Below, piece after piece: positions 39,901 through 48,844 of a DNA stretch of 64,000 nucleotides (position 1 is the stretch's first letter; each line of letters begins with the position of its first letter). Made by a program: the position numbers and the translations under genes. The notes beneath the pieces are model-generated. The model saw only the letters and a list, made by a program, of their open reading frames with translations. It had not been told where the DNA came from and did not search any database. Location: positions 2,330 through 66,329 of the forward strand of contig JBFGAX010000006.1 in assembly GCA_041567895.1 (NCBI GenBank). The letters are read 5' to 3'. This stretch comes from Acidimicrobiia bacterium (GTDB lineage Bacteria > Actinomycetota > Acidimicrobiia > Spongiisociales > SHLN01).

Positions 39901-42481
39901 GATCGCGGTGGCGGATTACTCGCGCTCGGGCCAGCCTCGCCGGGTCATTGCACTTCGCGCTGACGGCCCCGACATCGCCGAAGCGCTCTCCTCTCTGTCG
40001 AAAGTCGTGGCGACCCGTTTGGATCGCCCGGTTCTGTGCGATATCTATCTCCGACTCGAAGAGCCGATTCACGACAGCGACGAGATGGCCGATGATCTGA
40101 CCCGCCTCGTGCTCCAAGCTGATTTTCCCGATCACACGCGGCGAATAGCTGTAACGACGTGTGATCCCCAAGGCGCGGTTGAAAACTTCACGATACGTAA
40201 TGGTCGAGACGGCTTCTTCGAAGAAGCCGTCTTTCGTGGGCTCCAGCCCATGATCGCCCGCAGGCTTCAGCTTTGGCGACTGGAGAAGTTCGAGATGCGC
40301 CGGTTGCCTTCTCCGGACGATACATATCTTTTTCATTGCACAGCCTTTGATAATCCGAGAGATCAACGACTGATCGCAGTTGCCGAGGTGAGAGATATCA
40401 CGCCGGTTACAGACGAACAGGGACGGACAACGGGACTGCCTGAGCTAGAACACGTTCTTGCGGCCTGTCTCGACGGAATTCGTCGTGCCCAGGCTGATCG
40501 CCCCCAGAACCGAAGGCTCGAACTCAACAGGGTGCTTCTCAATGTATCTCCGGTGTCGGACATTCCATTCGACGATATGGCGGAGGTGGCGAGACGGCTG
40601 GCCCCCATAACCGACGGTATCGGACTCGATCAAGTGGTCGTCACGTTCAAGACCGCGGACCCCGGAGGGGGTGAACCGGTCGAGCTCGAGCTCCGGCTGT
40701 ATGTTCAGGAAGGCGTAGGGCTTTCGCTCGACATGTACACGCCCTCGACCAAGCCGATTGAGCCGGTGGATCCGTATACCCAGCGTGTTCTCGCCTCGCG
40801 GCGCCGGGGGGCCATCTACCCGTACGAGATCATTCCGATGTTGACTGGAGAGAGTGGCTCGTTCGTCGAATACGATCTGGACGAGGAAGGTCGCTTTGTA
40901 CAGGTCGAGCGCGAGGACGGGGAAAATCGCTCAGGCGTGGTAGCGGGGCTGGTAACGACCGTGACGGACCGATACCCGGAGGGCATGACCCGGGTCGCCA
41001 TCCTGGGTGATCCCACCAAATCACTTGGCTCGATTGCCGAGGCCGAATGCAGGATGATCATCGGTGCGCTCGAACTTGCGGAAGATCGAGGAGTCCCCGT
41101 GGAGTGGTTCTCGGTCTCTTCGGGGGCCAGGATCTCGATGGATAGCGGAACCGAGAACATGGACTGGATCGCTCGTGTGCTTCGACGAATCATTCAATTC
41201 ACGCAGGCGGGTGGCGAGGTTCACATCCTCGTTGCAGGGATCAACGTGGGGGCTCAGCCGTACTGGAACGCTGAGGCGACCATGCTCGACCACACCAAAG
41301 GCATCCTGGTGATGACGCCAGATAGTGCGATGGTGCTCACCGGAAAGCAAGCTCTCGACGTCAGCGGGGGCGTGTCTGCGGAGGACAACTTCGGCATCGG
41401 TGGCTACGACCGCATCATGGGTCCCAATGGTCAGGCTCAATACTGGGCATCGGACCTCGCCGAGGCATGTTGGGTTCTCTTTCGGTACTACGAGCACAGC
41501 TACGTGGCACCAGGCGAACGCTTTCCTCGAAAGGCCACCTCGATCGATCCAATCGATCGCGATATTCGAACCTATCCGCACGAGATCGAAGGCATCGACT
41601 TCACAACGGTTGGTGACATCTTTTCGGCCGAAACCAATCCCGATCGAAAAAAGCCGTTCGACATCCGGACGCTCATGAGAGCCGTAGCCGACCAGGATCG
41701 AGATCCGCTCGAACGATGGGAATCGATGCGGGATGCGGATACAGCTGTCGTGTGGGACGCTTTTCTCGGGGGACGCCCCGTTTGTATGATCGGTGTCGAG
41801 TCGAGACCGTTGCCGCGTCATGGCATCTTGCCTGCCGATGGACCTGATACGTGGTCAGCCGGAACCCTTTTTCCGTTGTCGTCCAAGAAGGTTGCTCGCG
41901 GAATCAACGCTGCCAGCGGGAGCCGTCCGCTCGTTGTGCTCGCCAACCTGTCGGGCTTCGACGGATCACCCGAATCCCTCGCGAAGCTGCAGCTCGAATT
42001 TGGAGCGGAGATTGGAAGGGCAATCGTCAATTTTGACGGACCGATTGTGTTTTGCGTTGTGTCTCGATACCACGGGGGAGCGTTCGTGGTTTTCTCGGGT
42101 GCCCTCCACGACAACATGCAAGTGTTGGCGGTCGAGGGTTCACACGCCTCGGTACTGGGAGGAGCTCCGGCGGCTGCTGTGGTTTTCGCCCGTGAAGTCA
42201 AGAACCGCGTTGACAGTGATCCGCTCGTCCAACGGCTGGAAGCGAGGATCAGCGAGCTCTCCGGTAGCAGCGACGTGACGGCAATCCGGGCCGAACTGGC
42301 AGAAGTTCGCCAGGCGGTGTATGCCGAGAAACTCGGTGAGGTTGCGGACGAGTTCGATGCGATCCACACCATCGAAAGAGCCCGCGACGTGGGATCGGTC
42401 GATCGGATCGTCGCCGCCGCCGACCTGCGTCCCGAACTCATTTCGGCCGTCGAGCGCGGAATCGCCGCCGCCGGACCGTAG
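36977..42481 (+). CDS. Single-chain multidomain biotin-dependent acyl-CoA carboxylase (BC - BT - BCCP - CT-N - CT-C; LCC-like)
   Basis: The 1834-aa protein has an N-terminal ATP-grasp biotin carboxylase (RVAIINRGEAAMRLIHA..., GYPLMVKAAAGGGGRGIR), a biotinyl domain with ALLVVESMKMETTLNAPFAG, and two carboxyltransferase halves. The domain order is that of the mycobacterial single-chain long-chain acyl-CoA carboxylase. Confidence 0.85.
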   Translation: MNSYANPKGSFSRVAIINRGEAAMRLIHAVDEIAREEPHQLRSIAFHTEAERKAMFVREAHEAVRISSDKGNPYLDYEALRKGLIDSKADAAWVGWGFVAEHPEFADLCAELGITFIGPPGDVMRRLGDKIGAKTLAESVGVPVSAWSNGPVLDEADALAHAERIGYPLMVKAAAGGGGRGIRRVNDASEAAVAFARASAEALASFGDPTVFMERVVTGARHVEVQIASDHHGNSWALGVRDCSVQRKHQKVIEESASVALDPDQVAELGEAAVALAKAAEYRNLGTVEFLYQPQERQFAFLEVNTRLQVEHPVTELTTGLDLVKLQLELAAGKHLEGAPPHEFGHAIEARLNAEDPEHGFAPAPGVIEVLSFPAGPGVRVDTGVAEGDEIPSDYDAMIAKIIAWGRDRDESRRRLARALSHTTVVIQGGTTNKPFLLDLISRPELISGDLDTGWVDRLTAAGEHINLAYGEVALIIAMIDAWESETAAERAAFLASADRGRPSAVTTVGKSIECSYRGENYEVSVHRLSPTRFQVGLDGRLVEVDVERVGRVESRLTINGRIYATTSVIHGVDHLVEVEGVAHRISRDEGGVIRAPAPSLVVSVTAREGADVKKGDALLVVESMKMETTLNAPFAGRVREVLVGSNTQVDAGAPLIRLEQVAEDDEETVDLPRVSFSELTGDRPGDPTGKHRLLDLLERLRWAAVGYDVDPERIATWASEYEELRTTVEADHEEILAAELALLGAFTDVLALSRNRASSTSERSVEHSEQEYFHRYLRSLDVDAEGLPESFRLKLLRALGHFGKNDLEQGPDLEEAVFGIFRAQQRSRDTVPMIRAILNSEPVELHDVSTAMQDRLRSTLGDLITTTQVRFPIVGDLARSLRFRTFDEPAIRASSERVIEQMRRLLTELRNDPEGPDYARRVDELVQCPRAIVELLADEPGPAATDPFLEVMTRRYYKTRDLGDITLDAIGAFPIAVADYSRSGQPRRVIALRADGPDIAEALSSLSKVVATRLDRPVLCDIYLRLEEPIHDSDEMADDLTRLVLQADFPDHTRRIAVTTCDPQGAVENFTIRNGRDGFFEEAVFRGLQPMIARRLQLWRLEKFEMRRLPSPDDTYLFHCTAFDNPRDQRLIAVAEVRDITPVTDEQGRTTGLPELEHVLAACLDGIRRAQADRPQNRRLELNRVLLNVSPVSDIPFDDMAEVARRLAPITDGIGLDQVVVTFKTADPGGGEPVELELRLYVQEGVGLSLDMYTPSTKPIEPVDPYTQRVLASRRRGAIYPYEIIPMLTGESGSFVEYDLDEEGRFVQVEREDGENRSGVVAGLVTTVTDRYPEGMTRVAILGDPTKSLGSIAEAECRMIIGALELAEDRGVPVEWFSVSSGARISMDSGTENMDWIARVLRRIIQFTQAGGEVHILVAGINVGAQPYWNAEATMLDHTKGILVMTPDSAMVLTGKQALDVSGGVSAEDNFGIGGYDRIMGPNGQAQYWASDLAEACWVLFRYYEHSYVAPGERFPRKATSIDPIDRDIRTYPHEIEGIDFTTVGDIFSAETNPDRKKPFDIRTLMRAVADQDRDPLERWESMRDADTAVVWDAFLGGRPVCMIGVESRPLPRHGILPADGPDTWSAGTLFPLSSKKVARGINAASGSRPLVVLANLSGFDGSPESLAKLQLEFGAEIGRAIVNFDGPIVFCVVSRYHGGAFVVFSGALHDNMQVLAVEGSHASVLGGAPAAAVVFAREVKNRVDSDPLVQRLEARISELSGSSDVTAIRAELAEVRQAVYAEKLGEVADEFDAIHTIERARDVGSVDRIVAAADLRPELISAVERGIAAAGP

Positions 42482-42508
42482 CGATCCCGCTGAGATGTAC
42501 GTCTACTC

Positions 42509-43006
42509 ATGAATCCGAGCGTTCACCCGGATCTGCAGGCCATATCGTTCTTGCTCGGCACCTGGGTCGGAACCGGATCGGGCGTTTATCCGACCATTGA
42601 CGACTTTTCTTACCAAGAAACCGCCACATACACCCACGTTGGCAAACCATTCATCGCGTACGGTCAGAGGACCCGGAGGTCGAATTCCGACGAACCGCTG
42701 CACTCCGAGGTCGGCTACTTTCGTCCTTCCGGGATGTCATCGGTCGAGCTCTTGATCGCACAGCCGAGCGGGATATCGGAAGTACACGCCGGCGTAGTCA
42801 GCGGATCGACCATGGATCTCACCTCGACGTCGATACTGACGACCCCCACTGCGAAGGAGGTCGTGAGTGTCCGACGCTTCATTGTCGTGGACGGGGACAG
42901 GATGAGCTATGAGTTGTTCATGGCGGCAGTTGGGCAACCCCATCAACTACATCTCTCGGCGGTCTTACAGAAGGTCCCGTCTGCAGAGCCGGGTTCGGAC
43001 AGGTGA
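42509..43006 (+). CDS. FABP-family / nitrobindin-like beta-barrel protein (DUF1794)
   Basis: LQAISFLLGTWVGTGSGVYPTIDDFSYQETATYTH has the G-x-W-x-G start characteristic of THAP4/nitrobindin-like barrels. The protein is 165 aa. Confidence 0.6.
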   Translation: MNPSVHPDLQAISFLLGTWVGTGSGVYPTIDDFSYQETATYTHVGKPFIAYGQRTRRSNSDEPLHSEVGYFRPSGMSSVELLIAQPSGISEVHAGVVSGSTMDLTSTSILTTPTAKEVVSVRRFIVVDGDRMSYELFMAAVGQPHQLHLSAVLQKVPSAEPGSDR

Positions 43007-43050
43007 TTGAGCCACCGCCATCCTTCAGAAGAAGCGCTGCATGCGAGATG

Positions 43051-44124
43051 TCACCACGGCATGCGGTTCACAATTCCTGTCTCGTCTGAAGGGTCCGTCA
43101 GCCAAAAGCGGCTGACCGCGTTCGGCGAATATGATTTCAATGTCTTCATGTAGTTCGCCCGCTCATACCCCGTTGGGTCGGCAGCCGTCGTGTAGCTCAC
43201 GCTTCCACGGGCCTGTTCTACAGATAGATACTCGCGCTCGGTGAACCATTGGGTCATCTCAGCCACCACTTCGGCAATGTGATAAGGGCCATGCTTGAGG
43301 AGGGCCGAAGTCATCATTGTCACGTCAGCCCCGGCAAGAATCATTTTGACGGCATCTTCGCCCGTGTGGATCCCCGTGGTGGCGGCGAGCGAAGCTTTCA
43401 TCGTTGCTCGGAGAATTCCGATCCAACGAAGGGCCAACCGCGATTCGATCGAGGTGCTCAATTTGAGATTCGGTGAGACCGTGAGATGTTCGAGATCGAT
43501 GTCTGGTTGGTAGAAACGGTTGAAGAGCACCAACCCGTCGGCTCCCGCCTCAACGAGGCGATGCGCCATATGCCCGGGGGAACTGAAATAGGGACCGACC
43601 TTGACGGACAGAGGAATAGTCACAGTGTCTCTCACTTCGCGGACGAGGTGCAAGTACTGCTCCTCGATTGCAGTGCCGGGCATCGTGATGTCGCTGGCAA
43701 CCAGATAGATGTTGAGTTCGAGGGCTGCGGCACCCGCATCCTGTATCTGCCGTGCGTACGACGTCCATCCGCCGCTACTGACGCCATTCAGGCTCCCGAT
43801 GACAGGGATCGTCAGTGCCTTGCTCGCCCGCTCGAGCAGGTTCAAGTACTCATCCGGTCCCGTGTTGTAGTCATCGAGCTCGGGGAAGTAGCCGGTAGCA
43901 GCCTCCGGCTGATTTCCGGCGCCGTACTCGAGTCCGAGATCCACGTTCAGCGCTTCGTGCTCGATCTGTTCCTCGAAGAGGGAAGGCAGCACAACCGCCG
44001 CAGCTCCTGCCGCTTCAAGCTCGAGCAGCGTATCCAGTCGCCCGGTCAGTGGGCCGGCCGATGCCACCACAGGGTGGCTCAAAGTCAGCCCGAGGTAGGT
44101 GGTGGTCAAGTCTGTTTTCATCAT
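43051..44124 (-). CDS. Dihydroorotate dehydrogenase-like (class 1 DHOD-family TIM-barrel flavoprotein) protein, co-located with PFOR
   Basis: YLGLTLSHPVVASAGPL...VIGSLNG...LELNIY...GLVLFNRF...ATTGIHTGEDAVKMILAGADVTMM matches the DHOD/DHPD family. It overlaps the PFOR stop by 4 nt. Confidence 0.6.
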   Translation of the reverse strand: MMKTDLTTTYLGLTLSHPVVASAGPLTGRLDTLLELEAAGAAAVVLPSLFEEQIEHEALNVDLGLEYGAGNQPEAATGYFPELDDYNTGPDEYLNLLERASKALTIPVIGSLNGVSSGGWTSYARQIQDAGAAALELNIYLVASDITMPGTAIEEQYLHLVREVRDTVTIPLSVKVGPYFSSPGHMAHRLVEAGADGLVLFNRFYQPDIDLEHLTVSPNLKLSTSIESRLALRWIGILRATMKASLAATTGIHTGEDAVKMILAGADVTMMTSALLKHGPYHIAEVVAEMTQWFTEREYLSVEQARGSVSYTTAADPTGYERANYMKTLKSYSPNAVSRFWLTDPSDETGIVNRMPW

Positions 44125-47100
44125 TCCTCCAGATCTCCGAATCGAGCTGTCCGTTCTACCGAGACCATTTGTTCATAAAGATGCCACCGGTCGTCGATGT
44201 CGCGCTGTGCCGCCTCATAGAGACGTGCCGCCACGTCTGGCTGCGATCGAGCAAGCATGGCGAATCGAGCCTCGGTGGCTGCAAACTCTTTGAACGGGAT
44301 GGTGGGTTTGCGGCTATCGAGGTGGAGCGCGTGATCACCCTTGTCCTCGCGTCCAGGATCGAAGCGGTACAGTGGCCAATAGCCGCTCTCGGCTGCCATC
44401 TTCTGGTGCGCCGCCATTTCTCCCAGGTCGTAGCCGTGGGCGATACAGGGGCTGTAGGCGATGATCAACGACGGACCGGGGTGGGCTTCAGCCTCCACAA
44501 ATGCCTTGATGGTTTGTGTCATGTTTGCCCCCATGGCGATCTGCGCTACGTAGACACCGCCATAGCCCATGGCAATCATCCCGAGATCCTTTTTAGCGGT
44601 CGTCTTTCCGCCGGCTGAAAACTTGGCTGTGGCGGCTCGCGGTGTTGCTTTCGACGTCTGCCCACCCGTATTGGAGTAGACCTCGGTGTCCAGGACGAGG
44701 ATGTTGACATTTCGACCAGACGCCAGAACGTGATCAAGACCGCCAAAACCAATGTCGTATGCCCAACCATCGCCGCCAACGATCCAGACTCCAGTTGTCA
44801 CGAGATATTCGGCAAGTTCGAGCAGCCTGTTGGCTTCGATGGATTCGATGTCTGACAGCTGGCGTTTCAGTTCATCCACGCGGTCACGCTGGCGGTTGAT
44901 TCCGGCCTCGTCACTCTGATCTGCAGCCAGAACTTCTTGCGCCAACTGGCCGATTTCGGCTTCCATTGCTGTCAGAAGCTGCCGGGCACTTCGGGCGTGA
45001 TGGTCGAACGCCAATCGCATCCCGAGACCGAACTCGGCGTTGTCTTCGAAGAGAGAGTTGGACCAGGCAGGGCCTCGTCCACCGTCACTCTTGCTCCAGG
45101 GCGTGGTGGGAAGATTTCCACCGTAGATAGAAGAACAGCCTGTCGCGTTTGCAACGACGATCCGATCCCCGAAGAGTTGGCTCATGAGCTTGAGGTACGG
45201 AGTTTCTCCGCAGCCCGCGCATGCACCGGAGAATTCAAACAACGGTTGTGCCAGCTGCGAACCTTTGACCGAATCGAGGCGAATCCGGGTTCGGTCGTAT
45301 TCCGGCAATGAGAGAAAGAATTCGAAGTTGTTGCGCTCGTCTTCGAGATGGAACCTGATGGGTTCCATGTCTATCGCTTTGTGCTTTGCGACTTCTTTGC
45401 TTTTGGCTGGACAGATGCTCACGCACACACCACAGCCGGTGCAGTCATCGGGAGCCACCTGCACGATGAGACGCTCTGTTTCGCTCTTCTCCCATACTTT
45501 GCTCTTGAAAGAATCCGGCGCGCCGGTCAGGAGCCCATCGTTCTCCACGACTTTGATCCGAATTGCCGCGTGGGGGCACACGAGCGCGCACCTGGCACAG
45601 TCGATGCAGATCTCCGGATCCCAAATAGGGATCTCCGTCGCAATCGTGCGCTTCTCCCACTGCGCCGACCCCGTGTCAAATGTTCCGTCCACTGGCAACG
45701 CGCTGACCGGGAGCAGATCCCCGGTTCCTGACATGATCGCGGCCGTGACGCGCTCGACCGCAGCTTCGGGTGGAACCACGGGGCGCATGAGCCGTCCTCC
45801 CGTGACCTCGGCAGGAATGGCGACACGCTCCAAACCGTCGAGGGATGCGTCGACCACTGCCCAGTTGCGGTCGACGATCGCTTTGCCACGCTTGCCGTAG
45901 GTCTTCTGAATCGATCTCTTGATGGCGGCGATGGCCTGATCGGTCTCGATGATGTTCGCCAGGCCGAAAAAGCACGTCTGGAGCACCGTGTTGATTCGTC
46001 CTCCCAAGCCGGCATCTCGGGCAATGCGGTTGGCGTCGATCACCCACATTTCGAGCTGCTTCTTGATCACCTGGCGTTGGGCGTCGCTCGGCATGTGCGA
46101 CCAGACCTCCTCAGCCGAATAGGGGCTATTGAGGAGAAACGTCGCGCCGGGAGCGGCGATATCGAGCATCGGGAACCGTTCGAGGAATCCGAAATTGTGA
46201 CAGGCTACGAAGTCCGCCTCCTCGATGAGATAGCTCGAATGGATGGGCGTGGGCCCAAATCGCAGATGCGATATGGTGCGGGAGCCGGATTTCTTCGAGT
46301 CGTAGACGAAATATCCCTGGGCGTAGAGATCTGTTTCTTCGCCGATGATCTTCACGGAGTTCTTGTTGGCGCCGACCGTGCCGTCGGCTCCCAGTCCGTA
46401 GAACACCGCTCGCGACACGGCAGGAGATTCGGACCAGGATTGGTCATCAATGCCCAGGCTCAGATGAGAAACGTCATCGACGATGCCCACCGTGAAGTGG
46501 GGGAGGGGGGCGGGTTTTTGGAGCTCATCGAACACGGACAAAACCATGGCAGGCGTGAACTCTTTTGATGACAGTCCATAGCGACCACCAATGACGTTTG
46601 GCAGAGGTCGTGTGCCTGACTCGACGAGCGCCGTCAGCACGTCCTGATAGAGCGGCTCGCCAACCGCTCCCGGCTCTTTGGTACGGTCCAAAACGGCGAT
46701 CGAGGTCGCGGACGCCGGCAAGGCATCGGTGAATGCTCTAGCGGAGAAGGGTCGATAGAGCCGGACAATTATGGCCCCGATGCGCTCTCCACGACCCGCT
46801 CCGACCTCAACCACCTCCCGCACCGGCCCTGATCCCGACCCCATGAGAACCACAATGCGTTCTGCCTCGGGATGGCCTACGTAGTCGAACAACCGGTACG
46901 GTCGACCGGTCAGAGACGCAAGAGTGTCCATTTCACGTTGAACGAGATCAGGGACCGCCGCGTGGAAAGGGTTGGACGCCTCTCGCGCCTGGAAGAACAC
47001 ATCGGGATTCTGTGCGGTCCCGCGCAAAACCGGTGCGTTGGGATTGAGCCCTCGCATGCGGTGCTCGCGTATGAGAGCGTCATCCGTCATTGCGGTCATG

Positions 47101-47663
47101 GTGTCGAAGTCGAGCAGTGAGACCTTGGCGACCTCATGGCTCGTTCGGAATCCATCAAAAAAGTGGATGAACGGAACTCTGGATCGCAGAGTCGCTGCGT
47201 GTGCAACCAGCGCCAGGTCGTGAGCCTCTTGCACAGACCCGGATGCGAGCATTGCCATGCCGGTCTGACGCACCGCCATGACGTCGCTGTGATCTCCAAA
47301 GATGCTGAGTGCATGGGTGGCAACCGTCCGGGCCGCGACGTGTACGACCGCCGCAGTGAGCTCTCCAGCGATCTTGTAGAGATTGGGAATCATCAACAGC
47401 AATCCCTGTGATGCCGTGAACGTGGTGGTGAGCGCACCCGCCTGAAGGGCACCGTGCAAGCTTCCGGCTGCACCTGCTTCACTCTGCATCTCGACGACAT
47501 CGGGAATGGCGCCCCATATGTTTCGCTGGCCGGCCATCGACCATGCATCCGCCAGTTCGCCCATCGGGGAGGCCGGCGTTATCGGGTAAATGGCGATGAC
47601 TTCAGAGAGCGCATGGGCAACACGAGCAGCTGCTTCATTTCCATCAATGGTTACGTGGGTCAT
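44121..47663 (-). CDS. nifJ: Pyruvate:ferredoxin (flavodoxin) oxidoreductase, single-polypeptide NifJ type
   Basis: The protein is 1180 aa. The N-terminus is MTHVTIDGNEAAARVAHALSEVIAIYPITPASPMGE. Two 4Fe-4S ferredoxin motifs are present (CIDCARCALVCPHAAI, CTGCGVCVSICP). The TPP-binding C-terminal domain has GGDGWAYDIG. Confidence 0.9.
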   Translation of the reverse strand: MTHVTIDGNEAAARVAHALSEVIAIYPITPASPMGELADAWSMAGQRNIWGAIPDVVEMQSEAGAAGSLHGALQAGALTTTFTASQGLLLMIPNLYKIAGELTAAVVHVAARTVATHALSIFGDHSDVMAVRQTGMAMLASGSVQEAHDLALVAHAATLRSRVPFIHFFDGFRTSHEVAKVSLLDFDTMTAMTDDALIREHRMRGLNPNAPVLRGTAQNPDVFFQAREASNPFHAAVPDLVQREMDTLASLTGRPYRLFDYVGHPEAERIVVLMGSGSGPVREVVEVGAGRGERIGAIIVRLYRPFSARAFTDALPASATSIAVLDRTKEPGAVGEPLYQDVLTALVESGTRPLPNVIGGRYGLSSKEFTPAMVLSVFDELQKPAPLPHFTVGIVDDVSHLSLGIDDQSWSESPAVSRAVFYGLGADGTVGANKNSVKIIGEETDLYAQGYFVYDSKKSGSRTISHLRFGPTPIHSSYLIEEADFVACHNFGFLERFPMLDIAAPGATFLLNSPYSAEEVWSHMPSDAQRQVIKKQLEMWVIDANRIARDAGLGGRINTVLQTCFFGLANIIETDQAIAAIKRSIQKTYGKRGKAIVDRNWAVVDASLDGLERVAIPAEVTGGRLMRPVVPPEAAVERVTAAIMSGTGDLLPVSALPVDGTFDTGSAQWEKRTIATEIPIWDPEICIDCARCALVCPHAAIRIKVVENDGLLTGAPDSFKSKVWEKSETERLIVQVAPDDCTGCGVCVSICPAKSKEVAKHKAIDMEPIRFHLEDERNNFEFFLSLPEYDRTRIRLDSVKGSQLAQPLFEFSGACAGCGETPYLKLMSQLFGDRIVVANATGCSSIYGGNLPTTPWSKSDGGRGPAWSNSLFEDNAEFGLGMRLAFDHHARSARQLLTAMEAEIGQLAQEVLAADQSDEAGINRQRDRVDELKRQLSDIESIEANRLLELAEYLVTTGVWIVGGDGWAYDIGFGGLDHVLASGRNVNILVLDTEVYSNTGGQTSKATPRAATAKFSAGGKTTAKKDLGMIAMGYGGVYVAQIAMGANMTQTIKAFVEAEAHPGPSLIIAYSPCIAHGYDLGEMAAHQKMAAESGYWPLYRFDPGREDKGDHALHLDSRKPTIPFKEFAATEARFAMLARSQPDVAARLYEAAQRDIDDRWHLYEQMVSVERTARFGDLEE

Positions 47664-47821
47664 GGCAGGAATCGGCGAACGGGTGGTCTCGTCATCCTCC
47701 GAATGTATGGAGCGTCTGCTGGCCGGGCCAGGGTCATTGGTCCCGCCTCAAACGGACCCGATGTCTGCTCGTAAAGAAGTCGTTGACCTGAAAGCCAGGC
47801 CCACCCGCATACGATTGGCCC

Positions 47822-48844
47822 ATGACTCGACGCCGAAGACTGTTTCTCGGAATGTGGCTGCTGGTCGTAACGGCCGCGGGCGGCACGGTCGCGTATGCCA
47901 TGATTGAGGAGCTGTCGCTGTTGGACGCTCTCTACCTGTCGATTATTACGATCTCAACAGTCGGTTTCGCAGAGCCGGCGGGCGGCTTTTCCACAGGAGG
48001 CCAGGTCGCCACGATTGTGCTGGTCGTCGTCGGCGTGGGAACCGTGTTTTACACAGCCACCGTCGGCCTCGAGTTTTTACTCGAAGAGATCATTGCGGGA
48101 CGCGCTCAATCACGATTCGAACGAAGGAGAATACGGAGGATGGAGAATCATGTGATCGTGTGCGGGTACGGACGGGTCGGGCACGCGGTTGCCGCCCGGC
48201 TTACGGACGGCGGCTCAACCGTTGTGGTGATCGAGCTGGATTCAGGTGTGAGTGAAACCACCAGCGGAACACCGTGGACGGTGTTGGAGGGAGATGCCAC
48301 GCACGACGAAATGCTCGACCGGGCCGGAATTGACAACGCTTCGGTGTTGATCGCAGCCGTCGAGGACAATGACAATCTCGCCATTGTGCTTTCGGCACGG
48401 GCCAGACGTCAGGACATCCGGATCATCGCTAGAGCAAGTGATCAGCAATCGGAAAGGAAGTTGTATCTGGCAGGGGCAGATCGGGTTGTGTCACCCGTCG
48501 CCGTCGGAGCCGAGCGACTCGCTGCGATGGCGGTCGACCCCGAACTCAGTGAGTTCATCGACATCGCCGTGCATGGCGATCTGGTTGACTTCAAAATCAG
48601 AGAGATCGCAATCAGGCCCGGCTCGAGTATTCGCAATCAAACGCTGGCCGAATCCACCATTCGTCACACTACGGGCGCGCTCATACTGGCGGTCCGGAGG
48701 AGGGATGGATCGGTGAATGTGAATCCAGAAGGCGATGCGATCCTCAAAGACGGGGACACCCTGGTGGCCATCGGCACCGCGGAGCAACTCCAGCGGCTCG
48801 AATCGCTGGTGAATGCGGGAACGACCAGTCCTCAGTCGTCCTGA
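47822..48844 (+). CDS. Potassium channel family protein (2TM pore domain + TrkA-N/RCK NAD-binding + TrkA-C)
   Basis: The pore signature is ITISTVGFAEP. The RCK domain is HVIVCGYGRVGHAVAARLTDGG, and a C-terminal TrkA-C follows. Confidence 0.75.
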   Translation: MTRRRRLFLGMWLLVVTAAGGTVAYAMIEELSLLDALYLSIITISTVGFAEPAGGFSTGGQVATIVLVVVGVGTVFYTATVGLEFLLEEIIAGRAQSRFERRRIRRMENHVIVCGYGRVGHAVAARLTDGGSTVVVIELDSGVSETTSGTPWTVLEGDATHDEMLDRAGIDNASVLIAAVEDNDNLAIVLSARARRQDIRIIARASDQQSERKLYLAGADRVVSPVAVGAERLAAMAVDPELSEFIDIAVHGDLVDFKIREIAIRPGSSIRNQTLAESTIRHTTGALILAVRRRDGSVNVNPEGDAILKDGDTLVAIGTAEQLQRLESLVNAGTTSPQSS

